A program made the position numbers and the translations under genes. Below, piece after piece: positions 27,522-36,050 of a stretch of DNA of 64,000 nt (position 1 is its first letter; each line of letters starts with the position of its first letter). Source of the stretch: Patescibacteria group bacterium (GTDB lineage: Bacteria > Patescibacteriota > Patescibacteriia > JAHJFT01); NCBI GenBank assembly GCA_028710985.1, contig JAQTTB010000001.1, positions 587,014 to 651,013 on the forward strand. Direction: 5' to 3'. The notes beneath the pieces were generated by a model. The model was not told the origin of the DNA, ran no database searches, and saw only the letters and a program-made list of their open reading frames with translations.

Positions 27522-27691
27522 TCGGAGATCGTCTAACGGCAGCCTGTCCGCCTCGGGAGGAGACGCCAGGTTTCCGCCAAAGGCGGACAGGCCCGCCATA
27601 GGCGGGCATGCTGGCCCTGGTAACCTGCCTGCCGGCAGGCAGGTCATGGTTCTCCGCCAGCGGGTGGATTCGCCTCCGGCGAAGAATCCAT
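27522..27691 (+). pseudogene. Copy of tRNA-Gln lacking the 3' end, with four palindromic inserts (27543-27561, 27573-27610, 27624-27643, 27653-27683)
   Basis: Removing the inserts reproduces the first 62 nt of the tRNA at 27952 with two substitutions. Confidence 0.92.
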
Positions 27692-27699
27692 TTGAATTT

Positions 27700-27948
27700 A
27701 TGTCGTGCTTTATATACGTGATTATAAGTTGTAGCCACGGCAATAGATACGTCGGTAGTACTGATTGCGTCGAAAATAGGTTGGAAGAACACAATAGGGG
27801 AAGATGCCGCTATACATCAGGGAGAAGGCCGTGGGAGCTAGTCCACTCGGAGGAATTTGATACAAGAGCCGAAGCGATGAAACGAGAAAAATTTTTGAAA
27901 TCAGGCCAGGGAAGAAAGTATTTAGATGAAATTTTAAAGAAGAAATAA
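27700..27948 (+). CDS. GIY-YIG nuclease family protein (small stand-alone type)
   Basis: FIYVI...YVGST...RLEEHN...YT..RRPWELV..E...AMKREKFLKSG. Confidence 0.92.
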   Translation: MSCFIYVIISCSHGNRYVGSTDCVENRLEEHNRGRCRYTSGRRPWELVHSEEFDTRAEAMKREKFLKSGQGRKYLDEILKKK

Positions 27949-27951
27949 TAT

Positions 27952-28025
27952 TCGGAGATCGTCTAATGGTAGGACGCCAGGTTCTGGCCCTGGTAATCAT
28001 GGTTCGAATCCATGTCTCCGAGCCA
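27952..28025 (+). tRNA. tRNA-Gln(CTG)
   Basis: TCGGAGA/TCTCCGA acceptor; ccagg-ttCTGgc-cctgg; GGTTCGAATCC; CCA. Confidence 0.95.
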
Positions 28026-28079
28026 TCAAAAAAGACCACACGCGTGGCCTTTTTTGATTTATAATGATAAAATAAAATC

Positions 28080-28394
28080 ATGCGCGAGCACGATCGTCGT
28101 TCAATCCGATTACCGACCTACGATTATAATTCGCCGGGCTATTATTATTTAACAATATGCACCGCCGATCGGTTATGCGTCTTTGGTCAAATCGAAGATA
28201 AGAAAATGGTTCTAAACGAAATTGGCAAAATTGCTGACAGACGGTGGAGGCAGATTCCGTTCCGTTTTCCGAATGTAAAATTAGATGTTTATGTCATCAT
28301 GCCGAATCATATACACGGAATCGTACAAATAATGGATAACGACGCCGTAGGGGCGATTCATGAATCGCCCCTACACGGTCTGGAGAGGCGATGA
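28080..28394 (+). pseudogene. Truncated REP-associated tyrosine transposase (RAYT, HUH Y1 family)
   Basis: RRSIRL..YDY..PG.Y..TICT and VIMPNHIHGI (HUH). The C-terminal catalytic-Tyr half is absent, and the ORF ends just after a REP. Confidence 0.85.
28347..28374. repeat. GTAG-type REP palindrome
   Basis: gtaggggcgattca|tgaatcgcccctac, perfect palindrome. Confidence 0.9.
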
Positions 28395-28462
28395 TAGAGA
28401 TGCGGTTGATTCTATCGATTGAAAATGATATTATAGATACGATAAATATTAATCAGAACAAT

Positions 28463-28693
28463 ATGGAAAAACCAACATTCGAATCCGGCCCGGAGAGTGC
28501 CGAAGCCATTGAAAGTGAAATTGAGCGCCTTATCGGCGAGCTGGACAATTTTGATTTTGATGATTATTCGGCCGTTGTGCAGGATGAATGGTATGCGGTT
28601 GAAGAGGAAGCGCAGGTTGGCAAGGACCGGTCCGGGGCAAAGGCGCGCCTGGAAGAATTTATAAAATATTTAAAAGAACATAGCAAAAAATAA
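28463..28693 (+). CDS. Small acidic hypothetical protein
   Basis: 76-aa ORF starting MEKPTFES; operonic with the next gene. Confidence 0.65.
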   Translation: MEKPTFESGPESAEAIESEIERLIGELDNFDFDDYSAVVQDEWYAVEEEAQVGKDRSGAKARLEEFIKYLKEHSKK

Positions 28694-28694
28694 T

Positions 28695-29036
28695 ATGAGG
28701 ACACCACTTATCATTCTCGCTGTCATCGTCGTCATCGGCCTCGGAGTATATCTTTATATGGCCATGGGAACCGTGGTCAATGCGCCGACCGGAGAACCGG
28801 GCGCCGTAATCCAACCCGGCCTTACTCTGGAGCAGGCGCGCGCCATTGCCGTGGCGAGCGATTGCGCCGCCGAGGGCCCGATCACGGACAATTCCTTTTA
28901 TAATGAAAATTCCAAAACCTGGTGGTTTGATATGGATATCGAAAAAACCGGCTGCGCGCCGGCCTGCGTAGTGAGCGAAGAAACGCGTACCGCGGAAATC
29001 AACTGGCGCTGCACCGGATTAATTATTCCGGAATAA
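28695..29036 (+). CDS. Membrane-anchored Cys-containing hypothetical protein
   Basis: N-terminal TM helix; YNENSKTWW..GCAPACVV..AEINWRCTG. Confidence 0.75.
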   Translation: MRTPLIILAVIVVIGLGVYLYMAMGTVVNAPTGEPGAVIQPGLTLEQARAIAVASDCAAEGPITDNSFYNENSKTWWFDMDIEKTGCAPACVVSEETRTAEINWRCTGLIIPE

Positions 29037-29082
29037 ATTTTACCGTTAAAAAATAAATAATTAATTTTTTTAATAAATAATT

Positions 29083-29481
29083 ATGAAAGGTTTCAACGCC
29101 AACATCGAGAAAGAGACCCTGGAGAACGCGAATTTCCGCAAGGTCCTCTACACCGGCAAGCACAGCCAGCTCGTGCTGATGAGCCTTAAGCCGCTTGAAG
29201 AAATCGGCATGGAGACGCATACCGATAATGACCAGTTCTTCCGTTTTGAAGCGGGCCAGGGCAAATGCGTGATTGACGGCAATGAATATGAATTATCCAA
29301 CGGTTCGGTGATTATCGTGCCGGCCGGCGCCGAGCATAACATCATTAATACCTCGGATGCCGAAGATCTCAAGCTTTACACTATTTATTCTCCGGCCCAC
29401 CACAAAGACGGCGTGGTGCGCGCGACCAAAGAAGAGGCCGCGGCCGACAGCCCGGAGTTTGACGGCGTGACCACCGAATAA
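29083..29481 (+). CDS. Cupin domain protein
   Basis: NFRKVLYTG..QLVLM, EIGMETH..DQFFRFE, VPAGAEHN, KLYTIYSP.H. Confidence 0.92.
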   Translation: MKGFNANIEKETLENANFRKVLYTGKHSQLVLMSLKPLEEIGMETHTDNDQFFRFEAGQGKCVIDGNEYELSNGSVIIVPAGAEHNIINTSDAEDLKLYTIYSPAHHKDGVVRATKEEAAADSPEFDGVTTE

Positions 29482-29490
29482 CGCGTTAAT

Positions 29491-29523
29491 AAAAAAATCC
29501 CTTCCTGAACGGAGGGATTTTTT
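29491..29523. terminator. Bidirectional terminator between convergent genes
   Basis: aaaaaaatcccttc ctgaac ggagggatttttt. Confidence 0.75.
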
Positions 29524-29532
29524 ATTTATATT

Positions 29533-32073
29533 CTAAGCCGCCTTTTTTGCGTGGTTGCCGTTGAACGGCATATATTTATAGTATATTAACTTGATAATCT
29601 CGCTTAATATTAGATAGGCAATAATCATGCCGAAGACAATCATGAGCGGCTGAACCGGCGGAGCGGCGAAGTGGAAAAGATCGTGGCCGGCTCCGGTAAA
29701 TGGCAGGATAATCGTAATCGCGGCGCTTAGGATCGCAAGCAGCGCCACCGAGCGGCTCGGCGGAGCGGCGCGTAAAAAGAAATGCCGCGTCCGGATTGAA
29801 AAAATCAGTACAATTTCGGTTAAAATGCTTTCAATAAACCAAAGGGTGCGCAGGAGTTCGGGCCCGAGCTTATTGAATAATCCGAAAAAAATAAAATCAA
29901 AAATCGTGCTCACCATGGCAAGAAAAATAATCAATGTCATGGCCTGGCCAATGGGGCTGGATTTCGGCTTGCGGAGCTCCTCCACGTCAACCTTGTCGGT
30001 CGCCACGGAAATCAGGGGAAAATCGGAGAGCAGATTGGCAAGCAGAATCTGCACCGGCAGCATGGGGAGATAGGGGATAAAGAGAGAGATCGCGGCGATT
30101 GAATAAAAATTGCCGAAGTTTGAGGCCAGGGTGCATTTTATATATTTATTGATGTTGGAAAAGATATTCCGGCCGTGACGGATGCCGTTCACAATTACGC
30201 GCAGGTCTTTTTTTAAGAGCACAATATCCGCTGCCTCGCGCGAAACATCGGCCGCGTCTTTTACCGCGATTGCCACGTTGGCGATCTTGAGAGCCGGAGC
30301 GTCGTTGATGCCTTCGCCCAAAAATCCGACTTCATAATCTTTTTGCAGAGTCCGGATAATTTTATATTTCGTCTCTGGCGAAATCCGCGCGAACACGGAA
30401 AATTCGCGGCAGGCCTTTTCAAGTTTTGAATTTTTTAAAGAGTCAATCGTCTCGCCCAGTATTACCTTACTTGGATCGTCAATTAACCCGACCTCGCATC
30501 CCACGGCGCCGGCAACCTCCTTGCTGTCGCCGGTCAGAATCTTAATCTTCACGCCGAGTTTGTCGGCAAGCCGGATTGATTCACGGGCGGTTTCCTTGAG
30601 CGGATCATGGAAGGAGACGTAGCCCAGAAAAGTCAGGCCGTTCTCGTCTTCGGTCGTGTAGTCGTCCCGGTCGACAATTTTATAGCCAATGGCCAGTGTG
30701 CGGTTGCCGGCTTTTTCATCTTCTTTGATTTCTTCAAGTGAAATACGGCGGGTGTTGTGATTTTCAAATTTCGTGCAGAGCGACAGGATTGCCTCCGGCG
30801 CGCCTCGCACGATGAGCAGATTGCCGCCCCCATTGTTTGCGAACAGGGCGCTGTTGCGGAGCCGCGCGAAATCAAACGGCAGTTTTGCGAGAAATTTAAA
30901 TTTCTTTATTGCCTGCCGTACGCCGGCCGGCGCGTTTTCAAAAATTCCCTGGTCGAACGGATTGAAGAGCGACTTTTTCGAATCTTCGGCAAGTGGGGAG
31001 CCGAGAAGCCCGTAGAGCAGACAGCGCTCGCGGTCCGGGGAATGGATGTCCACCAGCTCGAGCTTGTTTTCGGTGAGAGTGCCGGTTTTATCCGTGCAGA
31101 GCACTTCGATGTCGCCCATGTCCTCAATCGCCGAAAGCCGCTTCACCACCACCTTGTCTTTCGCCATTTCGAGTGAACCGTGCGAAAGCGCGAAGGTTAC
31201 AACCACGGGGAGCGCTTCGGGTATGATGCTGACGATAAGCGCGATGCAGAATATCAGAAATTCCAGGTTGTTGGCTCCGCCCTTGATGATGAGATTTGCG
31301 ACAAAAATTAAGACAATCGTGGCGACAATAATTTTTAAAATAAACCGGCTGAATTTGAGAATGTATTTTTCATAGGCGCTCTCGCGGTTCACGCCGGCGA
31401 CCAGCTTGGCGATCTCTCCCATTGCCGAAGACCGGCCGGTTCCGATGACCGCGCCCGTCGCCTCGCCGGAAACGACCGAAGTGCCGCCAAAAATAATATT
31501 GCTTGCCGCGAATATCTCGCGCGTCTCGCGTTCGAGCGGTTCCGGATTTTTTGAAACCGGCGCCGACTCGCCGGTCAGCACCGATTCGTCAATCAAAAAA
31601 TTCTGCGCCCGCACCAGGCGGAGGTCGGCCGGCACCACATCCCCGGCTTCAAGCATTACGATATCGCCGTGCACCAGCTCCCGTTTGTCAACAAATTTTT
31701 CCGCGCCCTGGCGCATGATGCGGACTCGGGTGGGGATATATTTCTTGAGTAGCGCGACCGCGCGTTCGGCTTTTGACTCCTGCATAAATCCCAGGCCGGT
31801 GTTAAGGGCGATAAAAGAGAATATTACCAGGCCGTCCACGATTTCACCGATGACCAGGGCCACGAGTCCGGCGGCGAGCAGCAGATAAAAAAACGGCGAT
31901 TTGAACTGCCGGAGCAGGATATCGAACGGACCGGTTTCCCGGGCGCTGATTTCGTTTGGCCCGCCTTCCGCGAGCCGCCGCCGCGCTTCGGCGTCCCTTA
32001 GCCCCGATTCGCTGGTTTTTAAATCCGCGAGTACCTGCGTTACGATTTTTACGGTGTAGTTTGAAAATTTCAT
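29533..32073 (-). CDS. P-type ATPase, MgtA-like magnesium importer
   Basis: DKTGTLT, TGES, PEAL, TGD, GEGINDAPAL, SNFGN. Confidence 0.88.
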   Translation of the reverse strand: MKFSNYTVKIVTQVLADLKTSESGLRDAEARRRLAEGGPNEISARETGPFDILLRQFKSPFFYLLLAAGLVALVIGEIVDGLVIFSFIALNTGLGFMQESKAERAVALLKKYIPTRVRIMRQGAEKFVDKRELVHGDIVMLEAGDVVPADLRLVRAQNFLIDESVLTGESAPVSKNPEPLERETREIFAASNIIFGGTSVVSGEATGAVIGTGRSSAMGEIAKLVAGVNRESAYEKYILKFSRFILKIIVATIVLIFVANLIIKGGANNLEFLIFCIALIVSIIPEALPVVVTFALSHGSLEMAKDKVVVKRLSAIEDMGDIEVLCTDKTGTLTENKLELVDIHSPDRERCLLYGLLGSPLAEDSKKSLFNPFDQGIFENAPAGVRQAIKKFKFLAKLPFDFARLRNSALFANNGGGNLLIVRGAPEAILSLCTKFENHNTRRISLEEIKEDEKAGNRTLAIGYKIVDRDDYTTEDENGLTFLGYVSFHDPLKETARESIRLADKLGVKIKILTGDSKEVAGAVGCEVGLIDDPSKVILGETIDSLKNSKLEKACREFSVFARISPETKYKIIRTLQKDYEVGFLGEGINDAPALKIANVAIAVKDAADVSREAADIVLLKKDLRVIVNGIRHGRNIFSNINKYIKCTLASNFGNFYSIAAISLFIPYLPMLPVQILLANLLSDFPLISVATDKVDVEELRKPKSSPIGQAMTLIIFLAMVSTIFDFIFFGLFNKLGPELLRTLWFIESILTEIVLIFSIRTRHFFLRAAPPSRSVALLAILSAAITIILPFTGAGHDLFHFAAPPVQPLMIVFGMIIAYLILSEIIKLIYYKYMPFNGNHAKKAA

Positions 32074-32204
32074 GCATTTATTATATCAAATTGCACGCCA
32101 AACTGCATGGGGACGCCCGATTTCATCAAAATACCGCTCGGTGCTATAATACTGTTCAAGGGGAGGAAATCATTTTAAAAAATTAATAATTAAGCCAAAT
32201 AAGT

Positions 32205-32888
32205 ATGGAATTTCTAATCTCAATCGGCAGGGCGATTGCCGAGGCGTGGTCGGATCTCATTGATAAGCTCATTGAATTTCTGCCCAGCCTGGTTGCCGCG
32301 TTAATCGTGCTGATTATTGGCATCCTAATTGCCAAAGCCCTCGGTCAGTTGGTGCGCAAGATCATCCGCGCCATCAAGATTGACCAGTTTATTAAAAAAA
32401 TTAATATCGTGCATAAAATCGAACAGGCCGGCACGATCGTTGATTTTTCATATATCCTTGGCTGGCTCGTTAAGTGGTTTTTATACATCGTGCTTCTTAT
32501 CGCGGTTTCCGAGATTCTGAGCCTTGGTCAGTTCACCCTGTTCCTCCGCGACATCGCGCTCTATGTACCGAACGTAATCATTGCAGTGCTTATACTAGTG
32601 GTCGGTTTGGTGCTTGGCGAATTCATTAATACTTTGATCGTCAGCATCCTCAAGGGCACTAAAGCGAAACTCGGCGCTTTGGCCGGCACGGTTGCCAAGT
32701 GGTCAATCTTCATTTTCGCGACCCTCGCCGCCCTGATTCAGCTCGGCGTGGCCGTTGCCCTGATCCAGACGCTTTTCACCGCCATCGTGGTGACAATCGC
32801 GCTTTCGGCCGGCCTTGCCTTTGGCCTTGGCGGACGCGACGCAGCAAGAGAATTTATTGAGAAAGTAAGAAAAGACCTCCGAGAATAG
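32205..32888 (+). CDS. TM-helix repeat protein (CmpX/small-conductance mechanosensitive channel-like)
   Basis: FLPSLVAA, YVPNVIIA, AALIQLGVA, GLAFGLGGRD. Confidence 0.85.
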   Translation: MEFLISIGRAIAEAWSDLIDKLIEFLPSLVAALIVLIIGILIAKALGQLVRKIIRAIKIDQFIKKINIVHKIEQAGTIVDFSYILGWLVKWFLYIVLLIAVSEILSLGQFTLFLRDIALYVPNVIIAVLILVVGLVLGEFINTLIVSILKGTKAKLGALAGTVAKWSIFIFATLAALIQLGVAVALIQTLFTAIVVTIALSAGLAFGLGGRDAAREFIEKVRKDLRE

Positions 32889-32971
32889 TTAAACATTCAA
32901 TTTTACAAAAACGGCCCCGGTTATGACGGGGTCGTTTTATATATGTGGATAAGTAGTTTTGACAAAAATTC

Positions 32972-32993
32972 ATTATGAATATATATTCATAAT
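32972..32993. promoter_or_regulatory. 22-bp perfect palindromic operator overlapping a TTGACA promoter
   Basis: attatgaatat|atattcataat, just downstream of ttgaca at 32959. Confidence 0.65.
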
Positions 32994-33022
32994 ATAACTA
33001 CGAAACGTGATCCGAGGGGATT

Positions 33023-33193
33023 ATGCCAAATCTTGAAAAAATCAAGGAAGTCATGTTCGGCCCCAAGCCGCTGAAGACGCCTCGTTATGAGGGCGTTCCT
33101 CGCCAATGGGGCTGGAGCACGGAATTCATCTATCGCTGGCGGAATACGACCGCCGAAAATTTGGAACGGCGATTCGTGGCAAGCTTCCGCTGA
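33023..33193 (+). CDS. 56-aa hypothetical protein
   Basis: GAGGGG then ATG; MPNLEKIKEVMFGPKPLKTPRYEGVPRQWGWSTEFIYRWRNTTAENLERRFVASFR. Confidence 0.55.
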   Translation: MPNLEKIKEVMFGPKPLKTPRYEGVPRQWGWSTEFIYRWRNTTAENLERRFVASFR

Positions 33194-33202
33194 GTAACGG
33201 CA

Positions 33203-33250
33203 AAATAACCGTGTAGAGACGCGACATGTCGCGTCTCTACACGGTTATTT
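33203..33250. repeat. 48-bp perfect palindrome containing a GTAG-type REP
   Basis: aaataaccgtgtagagacgcgaca|tgtcgcgtctctacacggttattt. Confidence 0.9.
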
Positions 33251-33286
33251 GTCTCCCAAAAACAAAAACAAAAAAAATAGAAAAAT

Positions 33287-33559
33287 ATGGCAAGACCCCG
33301 CCTCAAACGGAGGGTTCAATTTACGCCCAAAGCTACCTCGTTCAAGCCCGACGTTCCTGGCGAGGGTTTTTTTGATTATATTGAACTCACGCTTGAGGAA
33401 GCCGAAGCCATTCGTCTCAAAAACGTTGAAGGTCTGGACCAGATTCCGGCGGCCCGCGCCATGAGGACATCGCAAGCCACTTTTCACCGAATCTTAAAAT
33501 CCGCCTATCGCAAAATTGGGGACGCCATTGTCCATGGCCGCGTCATTAAAATACGTTGA
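33287..33559 (+). CDS. DUF134 family DNA-binding protein
   Basis: MARPRLKRRV..P....FKP, LTLEEAEAIRL, Q..AA..M.TS..TFHRIL..A..KI. Confidence 0.9.
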   Translation: MARPRLKRRVQFTPKATSFKPDVPGEGFFDYIELTLEEAEAIRLKNVEGLDQIPAARAMRTSQATFHRILKSAYRKIGDAIVHGRVIKIR

Positions 33560-33635
33560 ATCATGAATCAGGAATCATGAATCAGGAATCGCAGCATAGA
33601 AAGACCCTGATTCCTAATTCCTGATTCCTGATTCC
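33558..33635. repeat. Inverted heptamer tandem array (GAATCAG/CTGATTC), no cargo gene
   Basis: (gaatcat gaatcag)x2 gaatc ... ctgattc ctaattc ctgattc ctgattc. Confidence 0.9.
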
Positions 33636-33703
33636 TCATGCTAAGCAACGCTGCGCATTCGGTATTCTAAACAGTCTCAAAATAGAGTATAATATACTCA
33701 AAT

Positions 33704-35068
33704 ATGAACAGGGGGAATGAACAAAAACAAAAAAACGCGCTTCAGGCGTGGGTGGTTACGGTTGACATGGGTTACGGCCATCAGCGCGCCACCTGGCCGC
33801 TTCGCGGCATGGCGCTGGATCGCGAAATCATCGTGGCCAATGACTATGAGGGCATTCCGCGCCGCGACCGGTTTATCTGGAAAAATTCGCGCAAGATGTA
33901 CGAGACGATTTCCCGTATAAAAAAAGTGCCCTGGATCGGTCAAAAGATTTTTAACTTGATGGATAAGCAGCAGCAGATTCCGTGGTTTTATCCGCGCCGC
34001 GATCTTTCCGAGCCGTCGGGCCAGGTCAGACAATATTACTGGGCAATGCGCCGCCTTGGGTGGGGCAAGCACCTTATCAATTATCTTAATGCCAAGCCTC
34101 TGCCATTGGTTACCTCTTTTCCGGTAGTTGCGTTCATGGCAGAGTTTTTTGGTTTCAAAAAAGACATTTATCTGATTGTTACCGACACGGATATCAGTCG
34201 CGCCTGGGCCGCGCTTGTCCCAAAGAAAAGCCGGGTTAATTATTTTGCTTCCAATCCGCGCGCCATCGAGCGGCTCAAAATGTACGGCGTTAAGTCCGAA
34301 CGGATTTACATGACCGGTTTTCCGCTTTCAAAATCCCTAGTTGGCGGGCCGTCGCTCGCGATTATAAAAAAAGACTTGGCTCAAAGGCTTTATAATTTGG
34401 ATCCAAAGAGAAATTATATTTCAAAATACCGCCATACTATCGAGTACCAGCTTGGCAAGCGATATTTTCCGTGCAAGCCGCCGCGCCGGCCGCTTACCAT
34501 CACTTTCGCTGTTGGCGGCGCAGGGGCACAGAAGGATTTGGGCATTGCCATTTGCCGCAGTCTGAAAAAAGAAATCTTTAAAAAACAACTGGTAATCAAT
34601 CTTGTTGCCGGCTCGCGAAACGAAGTTGCCATCTATTTTCGCCGCCGGTTGGAAAAAGCGGGTCTAAAAAACCAAATCGGAAAAGGAGTGAAGATTCATT
34701 ATGAAACCAGCAAAGAAAAATATTTTGATAAATTTGATCAGTTGCTTCATACTACCGACATCCTCTGGACCAAGCCGAGTGAATTAAGTTTTTACGCCGG
34801 ACTCGGTATTCCGATTATCATGACTCCGCCGGTTGGCTCGCAGGAATTTTTTAATCGTATCTGGCTTAAAACCATGGGCGCGGGCATGACTCAGTATCCA
34901 CCAAGCCTTTCCAATGAGTGGCTCTTTGAATGGCTGGATTCCGGCTGGCTGGCCAAGGCCGCCATGCAGGGATTCTTGGAGGCCCCTAAGCTCGGCACTT
35001 ACAGTATTGAAGAAGTGATCTTTCGCAAGCATGTCTTGCGCGAACCGCACGTAATTTTGCGATACTGA
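33704..35068 (+). CDS. GT-B fold glycosyltransferase-like protein
   Basis: VDMGYGHQRA, TDTD, TGFPL, GGAGAQ, TKPSEL, PVGSQE. Confidence 0.7.
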   Translation: MNRGNEQKQKNALQAWVVTVDMGYGHQRATWPLRGMALDREIIVANDYEGIPRRDRFIWKNSRKMYETISRIKKVPWIGQKIFNLMDKQQQIPWFYPRRDLSEPSGQVRQYYWAMRRLGWGKHLINYLNAKPLPLVTSFPVVAFMAEFFGFKKDIYLIVTDTDISRAWAALVPKKSRVNYFASNPRAIERLKMYGVKSERIYMTGFPLSKSLVGGPSLAIIKKDLAQRLYNLDPKRNYISKYRHTIEYQLGKRYFPCKPPRRPLTITFAVGGAGAQKDLGIAICRSLKKEIFKKQLVINLVAGSRNEVAIYFRRRLEKAGLKNQIGKGVKIHYETSKEKYFDKFDQLLHTTDILWTKPSELSFYAGLGIPIIMTPPVGSQEFFNRIWLKTMGAGMTQYPPSLSNEWLFEWLDSGWLAKAAMQGFLEAPKLGTYSIEEVIFRKHVLREPHVILRY

Positions 35069-35121
35069 TATCGATAAACGCAAAGGTCGATAAAATGTTA
35101 GAAATACGAAAATAAATAATT

Positions 35122-35601
35122 ATGCAAAAAACCAACACATTCGGTTTCACGCTCGTAGAGCTCCTGATCGTCGTCGTCATTATCGGCATCTTGGCTGCGG
35201 TTGTGTATTTCGCCCTTGACCCGACCCGCCGCTTTGGCGAGAGCCGCGACGCCACCCGCTGGAGCGAAGTGAACGCCATGCTGAACGCCGTGCTAAAATA
35301 TCAGATTGATTATGACGGTGATTTGCCGGCCGGTATTGACAGCGCTTCTACCACCGCGCAGGTTCTTGGCGCAAACGCCAGCGGCTGTGACAGTGGCTGT
35401 ACCAATGGAGGTACAACGGTTTCCGCGTGTTTGGATCTCTCGGATAGTTTAGTCAATAAATATATCGATTCTATTCCAGAGGATCCAAGGACCGGGACCC
35501 CTGGTTTTACGGATTATTATCTCAATAAATCCGCCAACGGCGGCATCACGGTCGGTGCTTGCGATCCGGAACAGACCGCGGCAATCTCGGTTACTCGATA
35601 A
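35122..35601 (+). CDS. Type IV pilin-like protein
   Basis: Class III signal G|FTLVELLIVV; IPEDP. Confidence 0.9.
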   Translation: MQKTNTFGFTLVELLIVVVIIGILAAVVYFALDPTRRFGESRDATRWSEVNAMLNAVLKYQIDYDGDLPAGIDSASTTAQVLGANASGCDSGCTNGGTTVSACLDLSDSLVNKYIDSIPEDPRTGTPGFTDYYLNKSANGGITVGACDPEQTAAISVTR

Positions 35602-35625
35602 AAAATAAAATTAAATAAAAAAAAT

Positions 35626-35961
35626 ATGAAAAAGAAAAAAAATAAAAAATGCTGCTGCAATTCGGCCTGGATTGGCCTCACTTCAGCGGTCGGCGAAATT
35701 GCCTATGTCGCGCTCGTGGTGCTCTTCTTCTGGCTTGCCGACGAGATGACATTCGGCAATATGGAATTTATTGGCGTGGGGCTGTTTCTCCTGGTCTTTG
35801 TTTTTTCGGCCATAGTTTCGGGCTCAATCCTGATCGTGTATCCGGCCGTGCTCGTCCTGCGCGGTGAAGTGAAGAGAGGGCTTACCATTCTTGCCTGGAC
35901 AGCGGTGTTCCTGTTTGGCTTCATCGCCCTGGGCATGATCGGCGGGATATTGATGGTATAG
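35626..35961 (+). CDS. Small three-TM membrane protein
   Basis: Three hydrophobic segments; 111 aa. Confidence 0.75.
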   Translation: MKKKKNKKCCCNSAWIGLTSAVGEIAYVALVVLFFWLADEMTFGNMEFIGVGLFLLVFVFSAIVSGSILIVYPAVLVLRGEVKRGLTILAWTAVFLFGFIALGMIGGILMV

Positions 35962-36050
35962 TCGGAGTGTTGGGGCCGCATATATGCGACCCTTACGAAC
36001 GGTTTAGCTATAAAAATCGTCCCAATATTATTCGGGACGATTTTTTATTT

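Noticed and set aside
27508-27699. N-terminal extension of the GIY-YIG ORF (146-aa call in the track)
   Set aside because: It is the interrupted tRNA-Gln copy read in frame. The nuclease domain starts at ATG 27700.
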